Positions 9,586 through 19,084 of a stretch of 64,000 nt of DNA are shown here, piece after piece. Every line of letters begins with the position of its first letter. Position 1 is the stretch's first letter. The DNA comes from Candidatus Latescibacterota bacterium (GTDB lineage: Bacteria > Latescibacterota > UBA2968 > GCA-2709665), in contig OZ220733.1 in assembly GCA_965116875.1 (NCBI GenBank), positions 3,264,001-3,328,000 of the forward strand, given 5' to 3'. The position numbers and the translations under genes are program-made. The notes below the pieces were generated by a model that saw nothing but the letters and a program-made list of their open reading frames with translations, ran no database searches and was not told where the DNA came from.

Positions 9586-10932
9586 TCAGCTCAATATCGG
9601 CCAGAAGCCGATGCCGGCCAGCAGGGAACCCAGCGCCAGCATCAGGATGAGGACTCCCTTCCCCAGGTCCTGTCCCTTCAGGCTGCCCAGAAGTTTGGGA
9701 TCTCTGGAGAGATAGGCGCTGGCGGCGTAGAGTTCCTCTCCCATCAGGGTATAGTCGCAGGTTGTGATAAAGAACGGAAGCTGCGTATAGGCGTCGGTAG
9801 CGGCGATCTGGATCGCGCCGGTCGTCGAGCCGGTCTCGGCCAATAGCAGGGACTCGGCGTAAAAATACCCCATCAGAAGATTGGCTGCCGGCTTTTCCCG
9901 CACCATCAGCCCCTCGAGCGCGGCCGCGTAGCTGAACTGGTCCGCGGCCGCCAGAAAGACGTTGTCCGGGTTGAACGCGTCCGGTCGTCCGGCTTCGATG
10001 CAAGACTCCTTGACCACTTCCTGGCTCACCGACATCACGATCGGATCCCGGTTGCCAACCCTGAGCTGGGTATCGTATTCGGCGGTTCGCTTCGCCACCT
10101 GGCCGAGAATATTCACAGCGGCGATGGTGGAAGGGCTGCCCATGTCCTGAAGGCCATGGACGAACAGCACCGGTTTGCCCATCTCGGTTGCGCGCCCCAG
10201 TGCCTCGTCCAGAGCGTCCAGTCCTGCCAGCCGCCGGATATAGAGATTCTTGCGCCGGGCGAGCCGGATATAGACGAGGATCAGAATGGAGAAAAGCGCG
10301 GCCAGCAGGAAATTGTTGCGCTTGGTCCAGTTGAAGTAGTTGCCGTACGCCCGGGCTTCCACAACCGTGTAGCCCGCGCCGCGGACGTCGAGGCGAACGA
10401 AATAGGGCCGGTCGTTCTCGAGCCGGATCCGGTTCTGTCCTTCAGGGTCGAGGTAGGATTCAATGTGGACGAAGTGGTGGTTGCGGTTCTCCTCGTCCCC
10501 GCCGAACGTGACCGCCTCGTCGGCCATCGTTGGAGCCGTTTTGGGATCCAGCTCCGCAACCTCATGGAACGGGCCGTCCGCCTGTTCGGAAACGCCGATG
10601 CGATATCGCGCGCTGTCCGGCAGGAAATCCAGGCGGCGCCACGTCAGCGTGATGCTGTGCCCCTGATCGTTGGGGGTGTCGAAAGCCCGGACGTCGATCG
10701 GCGCCGTATCAGCGGCTGCCGGCGCGACGGCGATGGCCAGAGCGAAACTGAGAAGCTGTCTTAAAATTACCGGTGAGTTCCCGAGCGCGAGCGAAAAAGT
10801 GGCGGTCAAGGCGGGAAAACCCGCCCATATTTGTCTATACGGGTGGATTTGACCAACGCCGACCGGCGCTTTTGCAGCCGTGCGAAGACCGCTGGGAATT
10901 TTAAGACAGCTTCTGAGCAGTAGATGCGCCAT
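9586..10932 (-). CDS. Signal peptide + Fn3-like periplasmic domain + DUF6754-like membrane domain protein; carries an in-frame 165-bp MITE insertion
   Basis: AFDTPNDQGHSITLTW; IRRLAGLDALDEALGRATEMGKP; DYTLMGEELYAASAYL; removing the insert restores MAHLLLSFALAIAVAPAAA. Confidence 0.7.
   Translation of the reverse strand: MAHLLLRSCLKIPSGLRTAAKAPVGVGQIHPYRQIWAGFPALTATFSLALGNSPVILRQLLSFALAIAVAPAAADTAPIDVRAFDTPNDQGHSITLTWRRLDFLPDSARYRIGVSEQADGPFHEVAELDPKTAPTMADEAVTFGGDEENRNHHFVHIESYLDPEGQNRIRLENDRPYFVRLDVRGAGYTVVEARAYGNYFNWTKRNNFLLAALFSILILVYIRLARRKNLYIRRLAGLDALDEALGRATEMGKPVLFVHGLQDMGSPSTIAAVNILGQVAKRTAEYDTQLRVGNRDPIVMSVSQEVVKESCIEAGRPDAFNPDNVFLAAADQFSYAAALEGLMVREKPAANLLMGYFYAESLLLAETGSTTGAIQIAATDAYTQLPFFITTCDYTLMGEELYAASAYLSRDPKLLGSLKGQDLGKGVLILMLALGSLLAGIGFWPILS
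10751..10914. mobile_element. 164-bp MITE, copy 1, inserted in-frame in a CDS
   Basis: Perfect 18-bp TIR AGAAGCTGTCTTAAAATT / AATTTTAAGACAGCTTCT; CTGAG repeated at 10748 and 10913; near-identical copy at 22293. Confidence 0.9.
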
Positions 10933-10987
10933 TGCGGGTCTCCTGGCGGTTGTAATCAGGCTGCCTGGCGTATTGGCGCCCGAATCG

Positions 10988-12109
10988 TCACGCCTCGATC
11001 CTTTCGGCGTTTGCGCGGGGTATCACCGCTTTTTGACCGTTCTCGAATTGAACTTCAAGGACACGTACCCGGACTTCCGACTCAACGGCCGCCAGTTTGG
11101 ACGGCAGGGCGGTGACCACACCGGTGTTTCCGAAAAAGGGCGCCCTTATCGTACGGATCGGATCGCCGATGGACAGGCCTTCCGTGGCGACGGATTCTTC
11201 AGCGATGGTGGAACTCGACGTGTCCGGAACGATGATTTCGGGGCGAAGCACGCCGGCCCGAATCTGGGTGGCGCCCGAGATCGAGGCCTCTTCGCCGTTT
11301 CTCTCGTTCAGGACGTCGAAGGTTTTCGAAGCCATGGCGATGTCGCCGAATCCTTCGGTAACCACCACGGTAAGACCGATTTCTTCCGTACCGGTGATGG
11401 CCACGCCCAGGTCGTAACCGAGAAGGCTCCGCAGGTCGCGGTCGCGGATGCCCCCGCCAATGAGGCCGGCCGCGCCGATCTCCCGCGCCCTCCGGATGAG
11501 ATCCAGGGTGACCAGGCCTCCCGCGATGCAGATTCTGCCGGCGCAGGAGGCGTCGATCCGGTCTTCCTGTAGGCGCTCGTCCGGTGTGGCGGCAAGCGTA
11601 TGGAGCGCACCCCAGCTCTCACCGCCGATGCCGAAGATTCCCTGAAGGAATGCGCCGGCGGTCTCGATGACCACTCCTTCGCCGGGAATGGTTTCCACAA
11701 CCGCGCCGTCCACGTACGCCCGGACCTGTACGGGTCGGGGCGGACCTCGCAGAATGACCTGGCCGGTAACGGGGGACACGCTTTCCACGGTGCCCGAAAC
11801 CGGCGATTCCACCGTGGTTTTGAACCACTTGATGAACGGCCGGGTTTCGGCCAGAGGTTCCCCCGGCTCGACCGGCTCACCCTCCTTCCTGAGCATGTAG
11901 TCCGGGAGTTCGTCCGGGGTGACGCCCAGCCTGTTGACCAGGTTCAGGGTGGTCACGTCGCCGGGCAGTTCGGTCCGGGCCACCACCCGGTCTCGCTGCA
12001 CGGATTCGCCTTGGGAAACCAGCACCTCTCCTGCGATCGGCAGTTGGCGTCTCTTCCGTATGGTTGCCCTGCGGGTGACCCGCAGGCCCGGTGTGTATGT
12101 ATGGGCCAT
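10988..12109 (-). CDS. Conserved hypothetical protein with barrel-sandwich hybrid (lipoyl/biotinyl-like) segments (GlmL-associated cluster)
   Basis: GEVLVSQGESV; KEGEPVEPGEPLAE...VESPVSGTV; GATQIRAGVLRPEII; C-terminal KOW-like IGDPIRTIRAPFFG. Confidence 0.7.
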   Translation of the reverse strand: MAHTYTPGLRVTRRATIRKRRQLPIAGEVLVSQGESVQRDRVVARTELPGDVTTLNLVNRLGVTPDELPDYMLRKEGEPVEPGEPLAETRPFIKWFKTTVESPVSGTVESVSPVTGQVILRGPPRPVQVRAYVDGAVVETIPGEGVVIETAGAFLQGIFGIGGESWGALHTLAATPDERLQEDRIDASCAGRICIAGGLVTLDLIRRAREIGAAGLIGGGIRDRDLRSLLGYDLGVAITGTEEIGLTVVVTEGFGDIAMASKTFDVLNERNGEEASISGATQIRAGVLRPEIIVPDTSSSTIAEESVATEGLSIGDPIRTIRAPFFGNTGVVTALPSKLAAVESEVRVRVLEVQFENGQKAVIPRANAERIEA

Positions 12110-12187
12110 AGGTTCAGCTTTACATAACCGGCATGCCGCGCCGGCGGCCGTCAGGGTTATTGGCCGGTGCAGTCTTCACACGGCCTT

Positions 12188-13258
12188 TCAAACTTTCATC
12201 TTCGGGTCCAGGGCGTCTCGCAGACCGTCGCCGAGCAGGTTGTAAAGGGTAACGGTGATAAAGATGGCGAAACCGGGAACGATGACCAGCCACCATGCCG
12301 CGGTATTGTTTCGTGCGCCCGCCAGTATCGCACCCCAGGTGATGGCTTCCGCCGGTACGCCGATGCCGAGGAAGCTCAGGCCGGACTCGGCCAGGATGGC
12401 GCCCGCCACCCCGAATGCAGCCGGAATGAGTACGGGTGCGATTGCATTCGGAAGAATGTGGATGAACATGATTCGACCGCTGGAATACCCCAGGCTCTTG
12501 GCCGCGGAAACAAAATCGTAGCTCCTTACCTGCAGAAACTGCGCCCTCGTGAGCCTGGCGATGCCGACCCAACCCGTAAAGCCGAGAATGATCATGACGA
12601 AGAAGAGGCTGGGCGGGAAGAACGCGGCGACCGTGATGATCAGGAAGAGGGTGGGTATGGCGGCCCAGAGTTCGAACAGACGGGAGAGAACCAGGTCGGT
12701 CCAGCCCCCGAAATAGCCCGCCAGCGCGCCGAGGGCGACGCCGATAATCATCGAGATCGCCACCGATACCAGCCCGATCGTGAGGGCGTAACGGGTTCCG
12801 TGGATCAGCCCGGAAAGCACATCCCGACCCAGCCGATCCGTACCAAGGAAATGCGCTGCGCCGGGCGGCTGGTACTTGTCCCTGAGGTTGACGTCGCTGG
12901 GACCGTAGGGAACGGGCGGGAATATGGCGGATTCCGACCTCAGGCGTTTGAAATTCCTCCTTCGTCTGAGCGGCTCCGGCCAGTCGGCCAGCCCGAGATG
13001 AACGGCGTACTGGCGAAAGGCCGGGAAATAGGTCTTGCCCCTGTACTTCATATAATAGGGTTTGTTGCCCGCGAGAAGATCCGCGAACACCGCCGTGAAC
13101 GCGAGAACGCCGATCGCCGCCAGGCTGATGAGGGCCGGACGGTTCTTCTTGAACTGCCGCCAGACCAGCTTTGAGTAGGTCTGACCTTCCTCAACAGGTT
13201 CCTGTTCGGACGTAGCACCGTCCGATTCGGTGAGATCGCGCGTTTTTGCGTCGGACAT
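12188..13258 (-). CDS. oppC: Peptide ABC transporter permease (OppC/DppC)
   Basis: HFLGTDRLGRDVLS, FVSAAKSLG, HILPNA, ESGLSFLGIG, LGDGLRDALDP. Confidence 0.9.
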   Translation of the reverse strand: MSDAKTRDLTESDGATSEQEPVEEGQTYSKLVWRQFKKNRPALISLAAIGVLAFTAVFADLLAGNKPYYMKYRGKTYFPAFRQYAVHLGLADWPEPLRRRRNFKRLRSESAIFPPVPYGPSDVNLRDKYQPPGAAHFLGTDRLGRDVLSGLIHGTRYALTIGLVSVAISMIIGVALGALAGYFGGWTDLVLSRLFELWAAIPTLFLIITVAAFFPPSLFFVMIILGFTGWVGIARLTRAQFLQVRSYDFVSAAKSLGYSSGRIMFIHILPNAIAPVLIPAAFGVAGAILAESGLSFLGIGVPAEAITWGAILAGARNNTAAWWLVIVPGFAIFITVTLYNLLGDGLRDALDPKMKV

Positions 13259-13262
13259 GGAT

Positions 13263-14564
13263 CTATCCCTGAAGACGGGAAAACTCGATGCGCGGGTCCA
13301 CGACTTTGAGGAGGACGTCCGCGAGAAGAATACCCATCAGCGAGAGGAACGAACCGATGGTCAGAATGGCCATCACCATGGGATAGTCGCGCACGAGCAC
13401 GGATTGAACGCCCAGATACCCCAGACCCGGTATGGTGAAGATCGTCTCGATGAAGACCGAGCCGGCGATGATGGCCGGAAGCAGATTCGCCAGAATGGTC
13501 ACGATGGGGATCAGTGAGTTGCGGAAGACGTGCTTCAGAATCACGACTTTTTCCGAAAGGCCCTTTGCGCGGGCCGTGCGAACGTAATCCAGTCTCATGT
13601 TCTCCAGCATACTGGTTCGCATGAACCGGGAGAGGCCCGCGAAACTGGCGTAGCTCGAGGCCAGAACCGGCATGGCCATGTGATGGGCGTGGTCCGTCAA
13701 CAGCCGCCAGAATCCCCACTCGGAAGAGGCGTCCAGTGACTGGATGCCGGAGGCTGGAAACCAGTAGAAGAATTCCTTGTTGCAGAAAAACACGATGAGC
13801 AGCATGCCCACCCAGAACGAAGGCATGGACCACAGGATGAAGGTTCCGGTGGTCAGTGTGCGATCGGTCCGGGTGTCCTGTTTCACGGCCAGCCAGATTC
13901 CAAGGGGAAGTCCGATGATGTAGGCCACGATCAGACTGATGACGTTGATTTCGATGGTGATGGGCACGCGCGCGAGGATATGGGAGATCACCGGCTGCTG
14001 ATCCTTGAACGAGCGACCGAAATTGAGCGTGACAAAGCGCCGGTCGAAGCAATGGAAGAGGAGCAGGCCGGCGCCGGTGTACTCGTAATTGTCCTCGAGT
14101 TTGACGGTCTTGCTCTCCCAGAAAGAGGAAAGGACGAGCGCCTGCGCTTCGTCCGGGTGACGTTCCTCGAAACTGAGAAGGAACCGGGCTTTGCGCGCCT
14201 CGTTTTCCAGCGAGGCCAACTCGCTTCTTTCGCCGCTGTCCAGATTCGAGAGATAGATGTCGACGCGGCGGCCCATGCGTTCGAAGTTGCTGAGCGGCTC
14301 CACGTGAAGAACCAGGCTCGACAACCAGTTCAGGTATTGGAGGTGAAGCGGCCTGTCCAGGCCGAGCTGCCGGCGAAGGTCCTCGCGCGTTTTTTCGAAA
14401 TCGGACTGCCGATCCGTGGAGATGCCCTCTTCGCCCGCCATGCCGCCGAGAAAGAAGTCCACCGGGTCGCCGGGAGCAAGATGCATAACCAGGAAGGAAA
14501 TCAGGGTGATGCCGATCATCGTTGGGATCATCAGCAGGCTGCGCTGCAGGATGTACTGGATCAT
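13263..14564 (-). CDS. oppB: Peptide ABC transporter permease (OppB/DppB) with an extended loop
   Basis: MHLAPGDP, LGLDRPLHLQY, DYVRTARAKGL, KHVFRNSLIP, DPRI. Confidence 0.9.
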   Translation of the reverse strand: MIQYILQRSLLMIPTMIGITLISFLVMHLAPGDPVDFFLGGMAGEEGISTDRQSDFEKTREDLRRQLGLDRPLHLQYLNWLSSLVLHVEPLSNFERMGRRVDIYLSNLDSGERSELASLENEARKARFLLSFEERHPDEAQALVLSSFWESKTVKLEDNYEYTGAGLLLFHCFDRRFVTLNFGRSFKDQQPVISHILARVPITIEINVISLIVAYIIGLPLGIWLAVKQDTRTDRTLTTGTFILWSMPSFWVGMLLIVFFCNKEFFYWFPASGIQSLDASSEWGFWRLLTDHAHHMAMPVLASSYASFAGLSRFMRTSMLENMRLDYVRTARAKGLSEKVVILKHVFRNSLIPIVTILANLLPAIIAGSVFIETIFTIPGLGYLGVQSVLVRDYPMVMAILTIGSFLSLMGILLADVLLKVVDPRIEFSRLQG

Positions 14565-14640
14565 CTGCTATCAGGCCTCTACGTGCCGACGTCTGTTCAT
14601 CGGGATTGCGACAGGGTCCGGTCGTCTCACCGGTCTCACA

Positions 14641-16482
14641 CTATTGGTACAACCGGTTGGACGCGCCTACCCACCATTCCTGCGTGTCCGGGCCACCGGC
14701 GTACCAGTTGTCACCCGCGAAGCGCCTGCTGTATGAAGTGGCGGTGCGTGATTTCCAGAGAAACGTATAGGGTTGCTCGTCGTAAAGGATCTCCTGGAAT
14801 CGGCGGTAGAGTTGAATTCGCTTGTCCATATCGAATTCCCGCCGGTAGGTTTCCAGGATGCGGTCGACCTCCTCGTTCTTGAAGCCGATGTAATTCGACC
14901 CCTGTCCCTCTGCCTGCGAGGAGTGCCAGATCTGATAGGAATCCGGGGGTATGATCAGGCTGCCGGTCCACCCCAGCGTGCAGGCGGCGAAGTCCTTCTT
15001 GCGAACCACCCGGTCCAGAAAGATGGTCCAGTCCAGTTCACGCACCTCGCAGACGATTCCGATGTCCTGCAGTTCATACTGCAGCGCCAGGGCGATGTCT
15101 TTGCGGAGCTGGTTCCCGGAGTTGACCAGGAACTCGAATTTAAACGGGTGTTTCTCGCCGTCGATGACCTTGTCCAGGATGCCGTCGTTATCGCTATCCG
15201 TCCAGCCGGTCTCCTCCAGAAGGTCAAGCGCCCTTTCGGGATCGTAAGGGTGGGGTTCGAGGCCGTGGTTGTATTCGGGCCGGAACTTGTGGATGGGGCT
15301 CTCTACGGTTTCCGCCAGACCGAACATGAGGTTCACCACCATGCTTTCACGGTCGGTGAGATACGTCATCGCTTTGCGCACGCGCTTGTCGCGAAAGATG
15401 GGGTGCGCGTTGTTCCAGCCGATGTACACGTACCCCGAAGAATAGACCACGCTCTTCTTGAATCGCTCGATAAAATCCGGAGACCAGCTCTTGTCCTTGA
15501 ACTGAAGCGGCCTGAGCCCAAAGTAGTCGATATTTCCGTTGGTGTGCTCTATGAACGCGGCTTCAGGGTCGTTCACGATTTTGAAGACGATCTTTTCCAC
15601 GTATCCCTTGGGCATCAGATCGGTCCTGTCCCCTCCCCAGTAGTTGGGATTGCGGGTAAGGATCACCTTCTGGCCCGTGACCACGTCCTCGTCCCAGTCT
15701 TTCACGAGATAGGGGCCGGAACCCAGCATCTTCCGATGGTATTCGGTGTTGAATTTCTCGGCGAACTGCTGCACGCGCTCCGCGTGCGGGCCGCTTTCCC
15801 AGGAACCGTCGATGAGGCTCCGGATGTCGACCGGATCCAGCAGGCCGTCGGGGTCGTAGAAGTGTTTGGGAAGGATGTCCATGCTGCCCAGGGAGATGTT
15901 GTTCCTGAAATAGGGCTCCCGGCAGACGAAGCTGATTCTGTACTTGCCCTCCTGTTCGACGTTGCTGATGGCCGCGAAGTAGTTTCGAAGCGAGGCAGCC
16001 AGGACTTTCGGGTTCTTGATGACCTTGATGCTGAAGAGGACGTCGTCCGCCGAGAGGGGCTTGCCGTCCGCGAAATGGATGTTCTCGCGCAGATCGAAGG
16101 TATAGGTGAGCTTGTCTTCGGATACCGCGGGGGGCCCTTTCGCAACCAGACCTCTGAGATTGTAGGGCGATTCGTTCTCGATGTCCAGCAGCGACTCGAA
16201 GACATACTGGTGAACTTGAGAGGCGCCCCTGTCATTGGAAACGTATGGGTTGAAATTCTCCGGATCGGACAGGAAGTGGTGAACCATCCAGTCTCCGTAT
16301 TCCGGTTGGATATCGCCGGCGTACATGGCGGGTACCCGATCCGTTCCGTCCAGTACGATCGCGGGTGCTTCCCTCGTATCCAATAGCGTTCTTTGAACCT
16401 TCTGCCAGGGGGTTTCGTCCTTGCCTGCGGCCGCAGAGACGAAAAACAATCCGAGGATCGCCAGTCCGCACACTTTAGCCAT
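14641..16482 (-). CDS. oppA: Peptide ABC transporter substrate-binding protein (family 5)
   Basis: ATG 16482 overlaps the GlmL-like stop; signal peptide; TYTFDLRENIHFADGKPLSADDV; GSGPY; FRDKRVRKAM. Confidence 0.85.
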   Translation of the reverse strand: MAKVCGLAILGLFFVSAAAGKDETPWQKVQRTLLDTREAPAIVLDGTDRVPAMYAGDIQPEYGDWMVHHFLSDPENFNPYVSNDRGASQVHQYVFESLLDIENESPYNLRGLVAKGPPAVSEDKLTYTFDLRENIHFADGKPLSADDVLFSIKVIKNPKVLAASLRNYFAAISNVEQEGKYRISFVCREPYFRNNISLGSMDILPKHFYDPDGLLDPVDIRSLIDGSWESGPHAERVQQFAEKFNTEYHRKMLGSGPYLVKDWDEDVVTGQKVILTRNPNYWGGDRTDLMPKGYVEKIVFKIVNDPEAAFIEHTNGNIDYFGLRPLQFKDKSWSPDFIERFKKSVVYSSGYVYIGWNNAHPIFRDKRVRKAMTYLTDRESMVVNLMFGLAETVESPIHKFRPEYNHGLEPHPYDPERALDLLEETGWTDSDNDGILDKVIDGEKHPFKFEFLVNSGNQLRKDIALALQYELQDIGIVCEVRELDWTIFLDRVVRKKDFAACTLGWTGSLIIPPDSYQIWHSSQAEGQGSNYIGFKNEEVDRILETYRREFDMDKRIQLYRRFQEILYDEQPYTFLWKSRTATSYSRRFAGDNWYAGGPDTQEWWVGASNRLYQ

Positions 16483-18287
16483 CACTTGCCTCCTTGTGCC
16501 GCCTGTTGACGGGGATAGAGATCCAATGCACGGTTCCACGCGCTAACCCGCTCGACCGCGACCCCGTTGGAAGACGGAAGCGGCCGTCCGCGCCCGTCGA
16601 GAATCAGACCGGCCACGCCACCCTTCACGGTGCGGCGAATCGACTGACCGGTCCCCGCCCCGGCGTCCCAGCCCGACTCGGGATGCAGGCTGACGTCGAC
16701 TTCCCGGTCGGGGCCCGCGCGGAACCTATGGAGGGCGCCGACTTTCAGCTCGCCGGACTCTGTGCCGTCATCGAGCGAGATCTCATACGTGGCGCAGACC
16801 TCGCCCGGTTTTCCCTGCCCGGAAGGCGCAACACATGTGCCCAGATCGACCAGGCAGTCCCGTTCGAATACTTCGGCGGCGGCCTGTTCATTGACGCTTG
16901 TCAGGACGCCCAGGTGGGGCATCATGAAAATGCTGTCTACGGCCAGCCTCGTAAATCCCTGGGGCTGGAAGGCGTCGATGAGCATGGCCGCCGACTGCGC
17001 GCGACGCGGCGCATGCGAAAGAACCCCGCCGCTGCCCACCAGCAGGTCCAGGTCCGGCATGTGAATCAGGCTCTCGCCCGCGGCGGTCTGATCGAAAGCA
17101 TCGGAAAGGGTGCGTTCCGTCTGCACGCCTTTGAGGCCTACGGCCAGTGCCCGGTGCTGCTCGAACGCCAGGCGCAATGCCTCACGGGCGATGGCCTGCT
17201 CGAGCTGCAACTCCTCCAGCGTTTGTGGCACGGTGGTCGGACGGATCATCTTGTTCTTGACGCGGTCCCGGAGGTCGGCCTCTTCGATTTCAAACGGGAC
17301 CCAACGCATCACGTTCGACAGGCCTGCCTCGGCCAGTACGTTCGAGATGCTGTAGGACATACCCAGGTTGGCGCTCACGGTACGGTTGAATCGATCGCCG
17401 AACACACTGAAGACGTCGGTGGTCGCCCCGCCGATGTCGACACCCACGACGTTGATGTTCCGGCGCCGGGCCACGGTCTGAATGAGCAGGCCGACCGCGC
17501 CGGGCGTTGGCATAATGGGCGCGCCCGTCCATTCCATCAGTGTACGGTACCCGGGCGCCTGCGCCATCACGTGTTCGAGGAAGAGGTCGTGAATCACCTG
17601 GCGCGCCGGTCCCAGGTTCTCGCGTTCGAGTTGAGGGCGGATATTATCCGTGGTTTTCAGCGCGGTTTTTTCGCCCAGAACCCGCTGAACGTCCTCCCGC
17701 GCGTCCCTGTTTCCCGCATAGATGACGGGAAGCCGGAAGCCGGCGCCGAACCGCGGTCTCGGGTCCGCCGCGGCGATGAATTCCGCGAGTTCCACCACGT
17801 GGCTCACGGTACCGCCGTCCGTTCCACCGGACAGGAGCACCATGTCGGGACGCAAATGGCGGATGCGCTCGATCTTCTGGTGGGGCAGGCGCCCGTCGTT
17901 GGAAGCGAGCACGTCCATGACGATGGCGCCGGCGCCCAGGGCCGCGCGCTGGGCGCTCTCGCCCGTCATCGCCTGGACTACGCCGCCCACCATCATCTGA
18001 AGGCCGCCCCCGGCGCTGCTGGTGGACACATAAATGTCAACGCCCCGGCCGTCTGCCGCGGGCGTGATGATGCGTTCGCCGTCCAGGATGGCGCGCCCGG
18101 AGAGTTCCTCGACTTCCTGGATGGCGTTGAGTACGCCACGGGTGACGTCTTCAAACGGAGCTTCGACCGTGGTGGGCGCCTCACCGCGAAAGGTCTGCCG
18201 GTAGCATTCCTCCTTTTTCTCGATAAGAATGGCCTTGGTGGTCGTGCTGCCGCAGTCCGTGGCGATGATAACGTCCGGTCTATCCAT
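16482..18287 (-). CDS. GlmL/MutL(glutamate mutase L)-like actin/ASKHA-fold ATPase
   Basis: ATDCGSTTTKA (phosphate 1), SSAGGGL, LSGGTDGG, MPTPGAV, VDIGGATTDV (phosphate 2), GSGGVL. Confidence 0.8.
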   Translation of the reverse strand: MDRPDVIIATDCGSTTTKAILIEKKEECYRQTFRGEAPTTVEAPFEDVTRGVLNAIQEVEELSGRAILDGERIITPAADGRGVDIYVSTSSAGGGLQMMVGGVVQAMTGESAQRAALGAGAIVMDVLASNDGRLPHQKIERIRHLRPDMVLLSGGTDGGTVSHVVELAEFIAAADPRPRFGAGFRLPVIYAGNRDAREDVQRVLGEKTALKTTDNIRPQLERENLGPARQVIHDLFLEHVMAQAPGYRTLMEWTGAPIMPTPGAVGLLIQTVARRRNINVVGVDIGGATTDVFSVFGDRFNRTVSANLGMSYSISNVLAEAGLSNVMRWVPFEIEEADLRDRVKNKMIRPTTVPQTLEELQLEQAIAREALRLAFEQHRALAVGLKGVQTERTLSDAFDQTAAGESLIHMPDLDLLVGSGGVLSHAPRRAQSAAMLIDAFQPQGFTRLAVDSIFMMPHLGVLTSVNEQAAAEVFERDCLVDLGTCVAPSGQGKPGEVCATYEISLDDGTESGELKVGALHRFRAGPDREVDVSLHPESGWDAGAGTGQSIRRTVKGGVAGLILDGRGRPLPSSNGVAVERVSAWNRALDLYPRQQAAQGGK

Positions 18288-18606
18288 TCATTCGGTTTTC
18301 CGTCTCCACAAGGGTATCGATCAGTGTCTGGACGCTCTGCCGTTTCTCCAGAAAACGCACGAATCGACCGTATTCCGCGCCTGAGAAGATAAGGGTGACA
18401 AAGGGAGAAAGAAAAGCCAAAAACTGACTGCCTATAAAGTTGAACGGCCGTCCGGCCTCCAGAACCATCAACGCGGGAGTGGTCATCTGCCTGCGAACCA
18501 CGAATTCCGCCATTTTGGCCGCCAGAGCGCGCTCTTCCTCCGTGATTCGGCTTTCCGGAGGGTTGACGGCGAAAGCGTGTTCGCACCAGGTTCTAAGGCG
18601 TTGCAT
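18280..18606 (-). CDS. Small conserved hypothetical protein
   Basis: ATG 18606; PALMVLEAGRPFNFIGSQFL...FLEKR; overlaps both neighbours. Confidence 0.65.
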   Translation of the reverse strand: MQRLRTWCEHAFAVNPPESRITEEERALAAKMAEFVVRRQMTTPALMVLEAGRPFNFIGSQFLAFLSPFVTLIFSGAEYGRFVRFLEKRQSVQTLIDTLVETENRMNG

Positions 18607-19033
18607 CCGCGAGGCGGGTCTGGACGTACTCAATGATTTCCTCCCGATTGTCACGAACGCGCAGGAAACAGCCTCGAAACGGATCGAGTCTGTGAGGTTG
18701 AACGAACGGGCTGAGATGGACGCCGTCTCGGACGACGGTATGCCGGCGAATCCGGTTCCACGGAATGGTCCGCCTTGCGCCAAGGTGCGCTATGAGGATG
18801 TGACTTTCCAGGAGTGCGTATCTTGTGGGGAGGAAGTAACGGGACATGGATGCCATGAGCAGCGCCGCCGCCAGAAAACCGTATGACGGCGCACCGAATT
18901 CAAGGGCAATCAGAACCGACAACCCCAGGATAACCAGGATGAGCAAGCCGGTCTTCGCCGGCGGTTCTTCCAGGAGGGGATGGACCGTCCAGCGGAGGTC
19001 GGCTGCCGGTTCGGTCGTCTTCGGTGTATGCAT
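18593..19033 (-). CDS. Hypothetical membrane protein (2 TM plus soluble PH-like tail)
   Basis: LRWTVHP, two hydrophobic helices, YFLPTRY, LSPF...LDPFRG. Confidence 0.65.
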   Translation of the reverse strand: MHTPKTTEPAADLRWTVHPLLEEPPAKTGLLILVILGLSVLIALEFGAPSYGFLAAALLMASMSRYFLPTRYALLESHILIAHLGARRTIPWNRIRRHTVVRDGVHLSPFVQPHRLDPFRGCFLRVRDNREEIIEYVQTRLADATP

Positions 19034-19084
19034 GCTTTCATGGTGCCGGCAAGGAGTCAGTTGGTTGGGTTTATCGAATTGAGA

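Noticed and set aside
16482-18287. Glutamate mutase enzyme or DNA-repair MutL
   Set aside because: ASKHA phosphate motifs, not GHKL; no B12-binding DxHxxG subunit in the window
14773-18392. Long antisense ORFs (537 and 632 aa; likewise 48169-50337, 50061-52400, 54077-55885, 60454-62781)
   Set aside because: Shadow frames of well-supported genes in high-GC DNA, with no recognisable motifs
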